From the NCBI GenBank assembly GCA_051546255.1, contig CP128817.1, forward strand, positions 310,001 to 374,000: DNA of 64,000 nucleotides. Reading direction: 5' to 3'. The stretch's first letter is position 1. Every line of letters begins with the position of its first letter. The notes under the pieces were generated by a model that did no database searches, was not told the DNA's origin, and saw only the letters and a program-made list of their open reading frames with translations. A program made the position numbers and the translations under genes. This document shows, piece after piece, positions 53,712-63,779 of the stretch. The DNA is from Meyerozyma guilliermondii (Eukaryota).

Positions 53712-54521
53712 TTATCTATAATACAATTTGACGGTCGAGTCTTTTAAAACGTTAAAAGTGTACTCGCGTTCCAAAACACTTGTACATGTGTAGGGTACTG
53801 GTCCCTTTGATATGGATAATGAGCCTGTTAAGTCACTAGCTCTTCCTGTTGGCAATGGTTGAACGAGGATATTCATACTTGATCTGTGATGCAATTTGAA
53901 CAAAAATTCCGCTGATTTGTAGGCTGGATCATTAGGGTTCATAGCTGTAGGATTTATAACCTGTGGCATATCATGAGGAAACACCACAAATAACTGGCAG
54001 CATTTTTTATTTATCTGAAATAAATGTTGAAGTAACTCATTGGGGTTAATGTCAGTACCAGAAAGTAGAATGTCAATCCCTTCTAGTATAACCACGGTGT
54101 CATGAGAGTGTATCTTGGCTTTAATGCTGTCAAATATGGTGCTACATTCAGCCAGTGCATTCGTGGGGTTCTTGATCAAGTTTGAAAAGAGATCAGTAAA
54201 GCAGTCTACGAATTGATAATTGGCCTCTCGATCCAAATTCAATCCATTTTTCTTGGTACCGCTCACATAGAAATCACCTGTGTTCATGAAAGAAGCCAAA
54301 ACAACTCGCTTACGGTTCGGAACGATAGTCAGCAAGTCCGAATTGACAACGGTAGCAGTGCCTCTAAGTGTATTTTCGATTATTGAGTTCACTAACCATG
54401 ATGGTGACGTTCCTTGCAAATACGAAATTATGCTCAAATACGAATTCGAATCATTCAAGAGGTCGTCAGGAAGTAGATTGGACCCAACTAATAGTTGGAG
54501 ACCTTGTGGCTCTGAAGACAT
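53712..54521 (-). CDS. ELP6: Elongator complex subunit 6
   Basis: TSPSWLVNSIIE and PLPTGRASDLTGSL motifs, C-terminal VKLYYR. Confidence 0.88.
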   Translation of the reverse strand: MSSEPQGLQLLVGSNLLPDDLLNDSNSYLSIISYLQGTSPSWLVNSIIENTLRGTATVVNSDLLTIVPNRKRVVLASFMNTGDFYVSGTKKNGLNLDREANYQFVDCFTDLFSNLIKNPTNALAECSTIFDSIKAKIHSHDTVVILEGIDILLSGTDINPNELLQHLFQINKKCCQLFVVFPHDMPQVINPTAMNPNDPAYKSAEFLFKLHHRSSMNILVQPLPTGRASDLTGSLSISKGPVPYTCTSVLEREYTFNVLKDSTVKLYYR

Positions 54522-54681
54522 GGAGATCTTGAGAACCGCGACAGATTTGAGATGAGATCACGTGATAACACTAAAAATGGCTTTGCATGTATTTGTGATG
54601 ATCGCCTCTTGTGCTCGGACCACGGACAAATTCCAGCCTGAAGGTAGGAATGAGAACTAGGTCTCGGAATCAAAAAAAGAA

Positions 54682-54752
54682 TGCGCAAACCCGGAATCGA
54701 ACCGGGGGCCCATCGATGGCAACGATGGATTTTACCACTAAACCATTTGCGC
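54682..54752 (-). tRNA. tRNA-Gly(GCC)
   Basis: GCGCAAATGGTTTAGTGGTAAAATCCATCGTT-GCC-ATCGATGGGCCCCCGGTTCGATTCCGGGTTTGCGCA, followed by TTCTTTTTTT. Confidence 0.96.
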
Positions 54753-54758
54753 AGAAAG

Positions 54759-54830
54759 CTCCGAGACGGGGAATTGAACCCCGGTCTACCACGCGACAAG
54801 CGGTAATTCTAGCCACTAAACTATCTCGGA
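54759..54830 (-). tRNA. tRNA-Asp(GTC)
   Basis: TCCGAGATAGTTTAGTGGCTAGAATTACCGCTT-GTC-GCGTGGTAGACCGGGGTTCAATTCCCCGTCTCGGAG. Confidence 0.96.
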
Positions 54831-55074
54831 CTTATCTGAAGGAAATTGATATATGAGTACCTATAGGGTCACAAGCAAGGACGACAATCAAAATGTGTTG
54901 GTACTATCAACGGCACTAAGCCTTATCATCTATTTCATAGTTCACTAACAGCAACAAAAGCGAACAAAAGTTCTATTTCAGTAAAATAATAATACTACAA
55001 AAATAAAGTGCCATAATCTATATTCTATAGGCTTCTACATATATACATGCTATTGTACAATGGCCGAATCATTT

Positions 55075-56112
55075 TTAAGCAAACCCATTATTAAAGTAGG
55101 AATCAAGCTTTCGAAGCGACACCTGGTATAACAAAAGCATAATGGAACTTTGTACACCAGTCCAAATAAATCGAGGACCAACACCGGAAAACAAGCCAAG
55201 AATGCCCTCTTGTTTGTAGATAGAACGAAGAGCTTTGATAGTCGAAAGAGTGGCCACTGAGCCTTTGGAGACATCGGCACCTTCTTGTGGAGTTGCAGTC
55301 TGGATGCGAGTTTTTATGACATCAAGAGGGGTTGTCAATGTTCCAGCTAAACCACCAGCGGCAGCGCCAGTGAGCAACTCAGTGGAAATGGGTAGGTCAT
55401 CGTCCCGATTGTAATAAATAGCTAGTTGGCGAAACCGCTCATAAAATGCAAACTGTAAAGCGCTGAACGGTAAGTCTCTGAACAAAGTTTCTTTGTAACC
55501 GTATACGAACACGCCCGGACCCTCCGTTCTAGTTATTGTCTTGATTGCATCCGCAAGACCTCTATAATTATATTGCGATCCAGAATAGGGATTGTTATAG
55601 CTTCCCTGGAGCTGGAGACGAGTCTTTAACACTTCGCTGGGTACGTAAAAAACACTGGATGCAAGGTCTCCAAATACACCTGCGAAAAAGTATGCCACTG
55701 TTTCATTCACGCCAAAATCATTGATCATCTTACGCTTACTGTACTCATAGGTACCGAAGAATGCAGCCGTTGAAGGCAACGAGCCCAAAATGGCAGGGCT
55801 ATAGCCACCATAAAGACCTCGGAAAAAACCTTCCTCTTTAAACATGGTTATATATGCGGGAATCATGTTTCGGTATTTTATATTATGAGCCAATCCTTGC
55901 TGTCTCGTTTTAACGGTATCGAGAGAATGCATCAGGGTATCTCCAACCATTCCTCCGAGGCCACCAGCTATCATGCAATTGATGATTGGCGAGCCTTCAA
56001 TATCGTCGTCTGAACCTTGAGGGGTTCGAGCTTCAAGACTATGCTTTGCACCTGTATCATGATGGGGCGTGAACCCCATCGGTATCGTAGATGATGTATA
56101 CGATTCTGACAT
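55075..56112 (-). CDS. MME1: Mitochondrial carrier family protein (Mme1/YMR166C-like)
   Basis: Three carrier repeats (HSLDTVKTRQQG, PSEVLKTRLQLQG, PLDVIKTRIQ). Near MLH1, as in S. cerevisiae. Confidence 0.85.
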   Translation of the reverse strand: MSESYTSSTIPMGFTPHHDTGAKHSLEARTPQGSDDDIEGSPIINCMIAGGLGGMVGDTLMHSLDTVKTRQQGLAHNIKYRNMIPAYITMFKEEGFFRGLYGGYSPAILGSLPSTAAFFGTYEYSKRKMINDFGVNETVAYFFAGVFGDLASSVFYVPSEVLKTRLQLQGSYNNPYSGSQYNYRGLADAIKTITRTEGPGVFVYGYKETLFRDLPFSALQFAFYERFRQLAIYYNRDDDLPISTELLTGAAAGGLAGTLTTPLDVIKTRIQTATPQEGADVSKGSVATLSTIKALRSIYKQEGILGLFSGVGPRFIWTGVQSSIMLLLYQVSLRKLDSYFNNGFA

Positions 56113-56373
56113 GTTGCCTTGACGGCTATCGACGAATCAACGTCGAGCAATTATGGCTGAAAAAGGAATGAAAAAGAATGCTAATCCAGCGGGAATTTGT
56201 TCCCAAACTTGAGAGAGCAGTGTGGTGTATGCGGAGTACCAAAAGGTTATGTTGAAGCAATACCTCAATGTGATGCTAAGAAAGGCGTTCGTGAGTGCTG
56301 AATTTTAAGGACTGAGAAGACGTGAAAGACATATGCAGGGAACATCACTCGCGGTAGTGTATACAAGCTGGCG

Positions 56374-57600
56374 ATGGGCATGTTGAAGGTGATGCTATGG
56401 CGTAGCAATGGCGCAGTGGGGCGAGTATTCAGGAGGCGATACCGAGTTCTAGCGATCGAATCATCCTGTGACGATGCATGCATAGCATTATTGGATAGGA
56501 AAGATGGGAAAACGACCGTAATAGATCAAGTGAAACTGACATTGAATTCTGTTGCAGCCGGAGGAGTGATTCCTACCGAGGCTCACGGGTTCCACCAGTA
56601 CCAAATAGCGAGCCAAGCATCGCAGTTCTTTCAAAAACACAAGATATCCTCGCAAAATAGTCCCGATCTTATATGCTGTACTAGGGGACCGGGTATGGTG
56701 GGCTCTTTGAGTGCTGGACTTCAATTTGCTAAAGGATTGAGTGTAGCATGGGACAAACCATTGGTAGGCGTACACCATATGTTGGGTCATTTAATGATAG
56801 CATCTTTGACATCTGAACTGCAAACGAACCCTCCTCCAAGATTTCCATTTCTCAGTCTTCTTTGTAGCGGAGGACACACGATGCTAGTGCTTCTGGAGTC
56901 GTTGGCAAAGCACCAAGTTCTTGTCAATACAGTGGACATTGCATGTGGTGATGCCCTCGATAAGTGTGCCCGAAAATTGGGATTGAAAGGAAATATGCTA
57001 GGCAAGGAACTTGAAACCTTTGTCAACTCTTTCTCTAAAGAGGAACTAGATGAGTTCACAAAAATCAAGACGCACACACGAGATAATCCTTTCAATTTTC
57101 AACTCAAGCTTCCCATGAGAAGCCCGAAACATCCCAGGAATGCGGAATCAGTCCAGTTTTCTTTTGCCTCATTTTTAAGCACATTGGACGCTTACTCCCC
57201 ACCACCAGGTATGGAAAAGTCGAAAGTCACCAAGTTTTTGGCTTTCAAAGTACAGCAAAAGATATTTGAGCATATCGTCGACCGAATCAAGTTGGCAGTC
57301 GATAAAAACGAGACATTGTTTGCAAATGTGAATGACATTGTGCTATCAGGCGGTGTGGCTTCGAATTCCACCTTGCGCCGAATGCTCAAAGACGGATTGA
57401 ATGATAAGATGAAACGACCAAACTTGAACTTCCACTTTCCTGAAATCGCCCTTTGTACTGACAACGCAATAATGATCGGGGTCGCTGGGATTGAGATATA
57501 TGAAAACCTCAATGTGGTGTCTGACCTCTCGATAACTCCCATTAGAAAATGGCCACTTGATCAGTTGCTAGATGTGGATGGCTGGACGTCTCGCCTGTAA
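56374..57600 (+). CDS. QRI7: Mitochondrial tRNA t6A threonylcarbamoyltransferase
   Basis: LAIESSCDD, VHHMLGH, SGGHT, GGVASN and CTDNAIMI motifs. Confidence 0.95.
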   Translation: MGMLKVMLWRSNGAVGRVFRRRYRVLAIESSCDDACIALLDRKDGKTTVIDQVKLTLNSVAAGGVIPTEAHGFHQYQIASQASQFFQKHKISSQNSPDLICCTRGPGMVGSLSAGLQFAKGLSVAWDKPLVGVHHMLGHLMIASLTSELQTNPPPRFPFLSLLCSGGHTMLVLLESLAKHQVLVNTVDIACGDALDKCARKLGLKGNMLGKELETFVNSFSKEELDEFTKIKTHTRDNPFNFQLKLPMRSPKHPRNAESVQFSFASFLSTLDAYSPPPGMEKSKVTKFLAFKVQQKIFEHIVDRIKLAVDKNETLFANVNDIVLSGGVASNSTLRRMLKDGLNDKMKRPNLNFHFPEIALCTDNAIMIGVAGIEIYENLNVVSDLSITPIRKWPLDQLLDVDGWTSRL

Positions 57601-57609
57601 TGTACATAG

Positions 57610-58530
57610 TTAATTTCCACGATCTGGCAAGAACAGATCAGTTACATCAAATTTCTCAATAGCACTTTGCCATGAGCCGTATGTCAACGTAGAGATGTAA
57701 TGTCCAGCTTGCAAATTTGTTGTCTGAGCTTCGTACTGTTCATCTGGTTCGGTTTTTCTCAACATGGGAATGTTGTTCTTTAAATAAAGTCGCAAGCGAG
57801 CATCTCTGATGAGGAAACTGGTGAAGAAGAGGTTTTCGACCGACTGTGCAAAGGAGTCGGGATTGATGAAAAATGTAAAGAAATTGATATCCGACCCATT
57901 ATTTTTCTCGAGAAACGTTTGATAGACCCTCTTTACCATGTGGGCCGTATTTTGCTCCTCCCCTCCGGCAATATCCAGTGACTGTAATTGCGTTGCCGTG
58001 GTGAGATTAGTGGACGTGCTATCATCGACATTGCGTGTTCTAGCGGTTGGTTTCCTCCTTTCTGTTTCCAAAGGTCCAAATAGCGAATCTACAAGCATTG
58101 GCTTCCCACTTGTACTGTAGTACAATGCAGCCAACTTTGCCCAATTGCGGGTATTGAAAGTCTCCTCTGGTGTTTCTGGTTCCGAAGTTAGGTCGAAGCG
58201 AAGGAATTCGTCTAGCTTTCCTGCCATTTCATCAGAGCTAATCGATGCTCCAACATCACCAAACTTGATATTCTTAGCGTTTGTGGCAGCAATTTCCGAC
58301 GCATCCATGAACACCTCTGCGTCCTTAAGATGTATCTTTGTACTGTGCTGGCGCCGAACAAGCTCATATATGTGTTCCAATTCGGTTAAATGCTCCACTA
58401 TGATCGCATCGGCTTCACCTTTATGAGCCGATGCATCGTCATTTCGTATAGATTTACGGAGCGTTTCGTAGCGATCTACAAGACTCTTTTCCTTATCTGG
58501 AACTTTCTCAGGAGTTGAATTCAAAACCAT
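57610..58530 (-). CDS. NSE4: Smc5/6 kleisin subunit
   Basis: FFINPDSFAQSVENLFFTSFLIRD (Nse4 C domain). Adjacent to QRI7, as in S. cerevisiae. Confidence 0.9.
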   Translation of the reverse strand: MVLNSTPEKVPDKEKSLVDRYETLRKSIRNDDASAHKGEADAIIVEHLTELEHIYELVRRQHSTKIHLKDAEVFMDASEIAATNAKNIKFGDVGASISSDEMAGKLDEFLRFDLTSEPETPEETFNTRNWAKLAALYYSTSGKPMLVDSLFGPLETERRKPTARTRNVDDSTSTNLTTATQLQSLDIAGGEEQNTAHMVKRVYQTFLEKNNGSDINFFTFFINPDSFAQSVENLFFTSFLIRDARLRLYLKNNIPMLRKTEPDEQYEAQTTNLQAGHYISTLTYGSWQSAIEKFDVTDLFLPDRGN

Positions 58531-58626
58531 AGTTTGAATGGCCCAAAATTGTAGACTGTAGATGATATGGCAAACTAATCAGCCGCGCGCGCACACGTCT
58601 TTCCTGATCCGATATATGGTACCAAG

Positions 58627-60663
58627 ATGGAGACCCCACAAACCCACACCATAACTAAGCTTGATTCCTCGGTAATAAACCGCATAGCAGCAGGAGAGAT
58701 CATCATACAGCCGGCAAATGCTTTAAAGGAACTAATTGAAAATCTGATAGACGCAGGGTCCACTTCGGTAGACATATTGGTGAAAGATGGCGGCATAAAA
58801 TTGCTTCAAATTACCGATAACGGGCATGGAATTCATAAGGAGGATTTGCAATTACTATGTGAGCGCTTTGCTACTTCTAAATTAGCAAAATTTGAGGATT
58901 TAGAGTCGATTTCCACCTATGGATTTCGTGGTGAAGCCTTGGCTAGTATAAGTCATATTGCCCGATTGTCGGTGGTTACCAAGACCAAGACTTCCGACTT
59001 GGCATACAAGGCGTTCTACTTGGGCGGAAAATTAGTGGGACAAAATTTCAATACCAATGCGGTTGCGGAACCAAAACCTACTGCTGGAACCGATGGAACC
59101 CAGCTTACAGTGGAGGACCTTTTTTACAACATGCCATCACGGCTAAAGTCGTTAAAATCGAAAAATGATGAGTATTCTAAAATATTGGATGTGGTTGGTC
59201 GATATGCTATTCATTGTCAAAATGTGGGGTTCAGTTGCAAAAAATACGGCGAGTCTCACCAGGCTTTGTCAACTAGACCTCATGTGCTGTTGAAGGAAAG
59301 AATACGAATCGTACAAGGGTCTGCCATTGCAAATGACTTGATTGATTTGGAGTCAATAAAGAACAAAGACCACGCGAAGCTGGTTGGATTATTATCCGTT
59401 GAAGGAGCCATAACAAGCAGTGACTATATGAACAAAAAGAAAGTGGAGCCGGTACTTTTCATCAATCACAGATTAGTCTCATGTGGACCTTTAAAACGGT
59501 CTATATTAGCAGCTTATTACTTCTTTTTGCCCAAGGGAAACCATCCATTCATCTACTTGAGTCTTGAAATCGAACCTCGAAACGTGGACGTCAACATTCA
59601 CCCCACTAAGCGTGAAGTTCGCTTTTTAAATGAAGACGAAATCATCGAAATAGTTACAGATTTGGTGCAACTGACGTTATCTAGTCACGACTCTGCAAGA
59701 AAAATTCCCACTCAGACGGTATTGTCTAAACCAAGAACCCAACCAACAGAACCCCCAACCAAGAAATATCGCCAGGAGAACAAGTTGGTTCGGGTAGATG
59801 CTAGTCAGGCAAAGTTATCTTTCTTGGTACCGACTTCCGCGGATCTGAATCCAAGTAAAACTGACGATCTGATAATTACCCTGTCTTCTGAACGTGAACG
59901 AACTTCACTTCGCCTCGAAAGCATTACGTTTCTAGAAGATGAACTAGCCCAAAAGGTGCACAAATCACTCACGAGAATCATCACCAACGCATCGTATATT
60001 GGCGTTGTCGATGAGTATAGACGACTATGCTGCTTCCAGTACGATGTCAATTTGTACCTCTGCGACTATGCAGCATTGTTACAAGAATTATACTACCAAA
60101 TTGGATTGACAGAGTTTGCCAACTTTGGAGAGTATCTACTTGAACCTAAGCTTACAATCGAGAAACTTTTAGCTCCTCTTTATGAAACAAATTCAGATTT
60201 GGTCAGCATGGATGTGGTGACAAGGACTATCAATGATAATCAGGAAATGTTGAATGACTATTTCCAGATCAATGTGCAAGATAACCGTCTAATATCGATT
60301 CCATTGATTCATCAAGATATCGTTCCTAGTACGTTCAAATTGCCTCACTTCATATACCGTCTCGGTACCAAAGTCGACTATGAAAACGAGAAACTGTGCC
60401 TACAAGAGATTCTACAACAAATAGCTCTTCTTTATGTTCCCGATGCCATCCCGATAGCCGACCCAGCAGATGGAGGAGGGTCGGATGCACGTGATACAGA
60501 AGCGGCTGAGAACTCCACAAGACGTCAACTGGTGGATCGAGTTTTGGAGTATGTGATATTTCCTCTCATGAAAGAAAGGTTTCTTGTTCCTAATAACCTA
60601 TCCTCGAGTATCATCCAGATTGCAGATCTTCCAGGTCTTTATCGGGTGTTCGAAAGATGTTGA
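58627..60663 (+). CDS. MLH1: MutL homologue mismatch-repair protein
   Basis: NRIAAGE, ELIEN(S)IDAG, GFRGEALASIS and DVNIHPTKREV motifs, with C-terminal FERC. Confidence 0.97.
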   Translation: METPQTHTITKLDSSVINRIAAGEIIIQPANALKELIENLIDAGSTSVDILVKDGGIKLLQITDNGHGIHKEDLQLLCERFATSKLAKFEDLESISTYGFRGEALASISHIARLSVVTKTKTSDLAYKAFYLGGKLVGQNFNTNAVAEPKPTAGTDGTQLTVEDLFYNMPSRLKSLKSKNDEYSKILDVVGRYAIHCQNVGFSCKKYGESHQALSTRPHVLLKERIRIVQGSAIANDLIDLESIKNKDHAKLVGLLSVEGAITSSDYMNKKKVEPVLFINHRLVSCGPLKRSILAAYYFFLPKGNHPFIYLSLEIEPRNVDVNIHPTKREVRFLNEDEIIEIVTDLVQLTLSSHDSARKIPTQTVLSKPRTQPTEPPTKKYRQENKLVRVDASQAKLSFLVPTSADLNPSKTDDLIITLSSERERTSLRLESITFLEDELAQKVHKSLTRIITNASYIGVVDEYRRLCCFQYDVNLYLCDYAALLQELYYQIGLTEFANFGEYLLEPKLTIEKLLAPLYETNSDLVSMDVVTRTINDNQEMLNDYFQINVQDNRLISIPLIHQDIVPSTFKLPHFIYRLGTKVDYENEKLCLQEILQQIALLYVPDAIPIADPADGGGSDARDTEAAENSTRRQLVDRVLEYVIFPLMKERFLVPNNLSSSIIQIADLPGLYRVFERC

Positions 60664-60799
60664 ACCCCATTGTTCATAGTGAGCACATGTGAATGTCGCG
60701 CTCAGCTACGACATTCGTTGGAGTCGAGTTAACTGCCATATAAAGAAGTTAAAGTGGGGTCGACGATTTTTTGTCAATTGATCTAATCAATCGTGAAAA

Positions 60800-63592
60800 A
60801 TGTATATCGACACGTCACCAGATGACAAGTACTTACAAACCTTGACCTTGGGTTCGTTCCCTCGCAAGGTACTACAGTATCAATCATCGCTGGAGTTTAT
60901 TCGTCAATGTATTTACATAGACTACATGCTCCTGCTGTTGATACAAAGTGAGTTTCGTGGAGAACCATTAACACCTTCGCGCCATTTTGTCGAGAATGAC
61001 AGAAACCTGACACCTCACGATAAGTTGCTAGAAATCCTCAACTATGCCAAATCGGTCTCTTCAAGTTACCGTGCCGAAGCCCAGTCAAACGAGGCGAACA
61101 TATACTTCACCACAGTGTTGGCGCACTTGTACTACCTTGATTCGGATTTGGATTCGATGCATCTGGCTCTCAACAGTGTTCCATTTTCGGTGGACATGGA
61201 CAACACCACCGCATCACCCGTCAGAAATGAGTTTTTGCAGTATTTATCTTGTCGTTACCACGTCCTTTTGGGACTCACTAACGTGGGCAATTCATACAAG
61301 CTCTGGACTGAATACCTTTTCTACTTCTCCAAGCCATTTCAACATTCTAATGTTGCTGGAAAGTATTGGCTTGGTTTGATGTACTACAATGTTGCCAAGT
61401 TTATTGCTGGGAGCCGAGAACTTTCCTTCAATGACTTGAAGGAACAAAAGTTTGGCGCCAACGAAATGGCCATGGTTTCGTTTGGTGGCTACTTGATCAG
61501 AAACAAGCAACTTATTGGGCCCAACTTTAAGCAGGAATTTGCCAATTATTTATTTGAAATTTTGGAGCGCAAAATGAACTCGGAGCTGCATTTTCCTGAT
61601 GCCACTGCTACCGACTCCAAAGAGGACTATTTTGTGGACAATTTGTGTCAAGCCGTGACCGGGACTTTTTCTCGTAACCCGGTGGTGAAACCTTCGGTGT
61701 TGAAAAAGGTGTTAGTCAAGGCTATGAGTCTGACCTACCAGAGCATAATCGTACTTGCAAACTACATTGAAGTTTTGCTAAGCACTGGTGAGTATGATGA
61801 AGCATTTGCGGCTCTCAAAACCTACAAAATTTACATCAAAAACCATCATGAGATCCACGGATTTATCGATAACTTATTATCGGTCATCAATGTTTTTACC
61901 GCATGTTTGGTTAACTTTAATCCTATCAGATCCTTCAATGGCACTACCACAAACTTTAAACATGTTACCCGTGCTGAAGTAGCCAACCTTTTAGCAGAAA
62001 TTTCCAAGGACCTTGTACACTACTTGAACCTTTTATCCAAAATTACCGGCTTAAGTTTTGATTCCTCGTCATTGCAATTGACACCCGAAAAAATCCATCT
62101 TTCCTTTCTTTATCAAAAGTATAACCCAAACTTACTCCAGAATGATAAGTCAGAATTCATTTCAGATGTCTCGAAAGGTTGGTCTGCCGTGGGGTTTTAT
62201 TATTCGTATCTTGCTACCTACGACTCCCCAACTAAAGACCTTCTTGAGGCTAATGTCTCCTGTGTACTTTTGTACTACAAGCGCAGTTTGATTGTGAACC
62301 CCACTGGCAACAGCGAGTTATTATTCGCGTATGCATTGGCCTTGGCTCACGCTGGTTTCCTTGATCCTGCCTTAAAGTTGTGCAAATTCATCCTTAGAAA
62401 GTTTCCTGAATCTTTTGAAGCTTGGAACTTGTTGGTCTTGATTCAAACTGCCATCGAGTCTAAGAACCCTGATGTCGTTGTGACAAAGAAGCCAGCGAAC
62501 GAAAACGTACTCAATGAGCTCAACGAGGTTCCCAATGGCCACGATAATGGTACTCGTGAACTGGAGAAATTGATCAATAATGCCCTTAATGTCGCAGGTA
62601 TTTATATGGGTAAGCATCGCAATAACCCTTACAAGTTTGGATACACAGTCAAGCATAACATTTTGCAATTGAAGCTTACCCAGTTGGCAGTTTGGGAAGC
62701 TATCTACGGAACTCATTACGTTATGGAATACTTGCACGACGTTTTTGTATTCTTTCATGAGTTGTTTGACGTCAACGTTGCTCCCAAAGGTGTTGAACCA
62801 GTGTCAACTCCAGCCAAAGATACAGCTAAATGGTCTCACCGACCCAGCGTCATTGATCCAGATGTACTGGATACTGCCCGTTCTGAGAAGGAGCCTGATC
62901 ATTCTAATGGCCTCTCGCTTACTAGGACCAAGTCGAATCGACTCACTCGGCGGTTTTCTCGTCTGGCGCCCAAAAGCTCCAAAGAAGTCCCCCTTCCAAA
63001 TGGCGCTTCCAAACATAAAGTCGATCGTCCTGAGATGAAGTTGAGTAGTCAAGAATCTCAGCTTTTGCAAGATCTTTGGCTCTGGGCATTCAAGTTATAC
63101 TACAAAGTCGGTCAGTTTGAAGAAGCTGAACAGTGTATTGTTGAAGCTGAAACTGCACTCGCACCCAACTACAATACTCATGCTTGTCTTGGAATGCTCA
63201 CATCGAAAGAGCGTAAGTTTCTCTCGTTACAAGAATTCGAAAAAGCATTAGAAGAGGTGGAGGACAAGAAGAACAGTTTCCACAAATCGGCCTACGGGTG
63301 GGCTCTCCTCGGATTGTGCAAGTTGTTCGTTATTGATGACGAGCCGCAAAACTCGTTGTTTATATCTTCTAAAGATAAAAATGCCGGTTTAATTCGGCTC
63401 AAAAACTACTTGGAAGACTACGCAAGATGTTGGCCGTTCGGCTATAACAGTCCAGAAGTATGGTGGTATTTGAGCTTGGTCTACGAGAAAGTTGATGACA
63501 AGATATTGTACGCCAAGAGTCTTTGGCGTACGGTTGAATTGGAAGACTATAGGCCTGTCCGAGGGTATGAAACTTGTAGTCCATACAAGTGA
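60800..63592 (+). CDS. YPP1: TPR scaffold of the Stt4 PI4-kinase complex
   Basis: TPR-like helices, LQDLWLW...EEAEQCIVEAE, and C-terminal SPEVWWYLS..LWRTVELEDYRPVR. Confidence 0.82.
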   Translation: MYIDTSPDDKYLQTLTLGSFPRKVLQYQSSLEFIRQCIYIDYMLLLLIQSEFRGEPLTPSRHFVENDRNLTPHDKLLEILNYAKSVSSSYRAEAQSNEANIYFTTVLAHLYYLDSDLDSMHLALNSVPFSVDMDNTTASPVRNEFLQYLSCRYHVLLGLTNVGNSYKLWTEYLFYFSKPFQHSNVAGKYWLGLMYYNVAKFIAGSRELSFNDLKEQKFGANEMAMVSFGGYLIRNKQLIGPNFKQEFANYLFEILERKMNSELHFPDATATDSKEDYFVDNLCQAVTGTFSRNPVVKPSVLKKVLVKAMSLTYQSIIVLANYIEVLLSTGEYDEAFAALKTYKIYIKNHHEIHGFIDNLLSVINVFTACLVNFNPIRSFNGTTTNFKHVTRAEVANLLAEISKDLVHYLNLLSKITGLSFDSSSLQLTPEKIHLSFLYQKYNPNLLQNDKSEFISDVSKGWSAVGFYYSYLATYDSPTKDLLEANVSCVLLYYKRSLIVNPTGNSELLFAYALALAHAGFLDPALKLCKFILRKFPESFEAWNLLVLIQTAIESKNPDVVVTKKPANENVLNELNEVPNGHDNGTRELEKLINNALNVAGIYMGKHRNNPYKFGYTVKHNILQLKLTQLAVWEAIYGTHYVMEYLHDVFVFFHELFDVNVAPKGVEPVSTPAKDTAKWSHRPSVIDPDVLDTARSEKEPDHSNGLSLTRTKSNRLTRRFSRLAPKSSKEVPLPNGASKHKVDRPEMKLSSQESQLLQDLWLWAFKLYYKVGQFEEAEQCIVEAETALAPNYNTHACLGMLTSKERKFLSLQEFEKALEEVEDKKNSFHKSAYGWALLGLCKLFVIDDEPQNSLFISSKDKNAGLIRLKNYLEDYARCWPFGYNSPEVWWYLSLVYEKVDDKILYAKSLWRTVELEDYRPVRGYETCSPYK

Positions 63593-63779
63593 AAAATTTC
63601 CGAACCACTAAGGTAATTGACCAATTTGAAAATATGTAAAAGTTAACGCTTTAATAGCGTTAGAGACAGTTAATATCCAGACATTTGCTATTTAAATGTA
63701 ACACTCTGCCCTGCATGCTTATGCGCAGGCAGCTGCGACATGATTTAGCTCAATCTTCAAGTGTTGAGAAATCATAGAA

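Noticed and set aside
54661..54767. 8-bp inverted repeat GTCTCGGA/TCCGAGAC around tRNA-Gly
   Set aside because: One arm is the tRNA-Asp acceptor stem and the other lies beyond the terminator, so it is likely chance.
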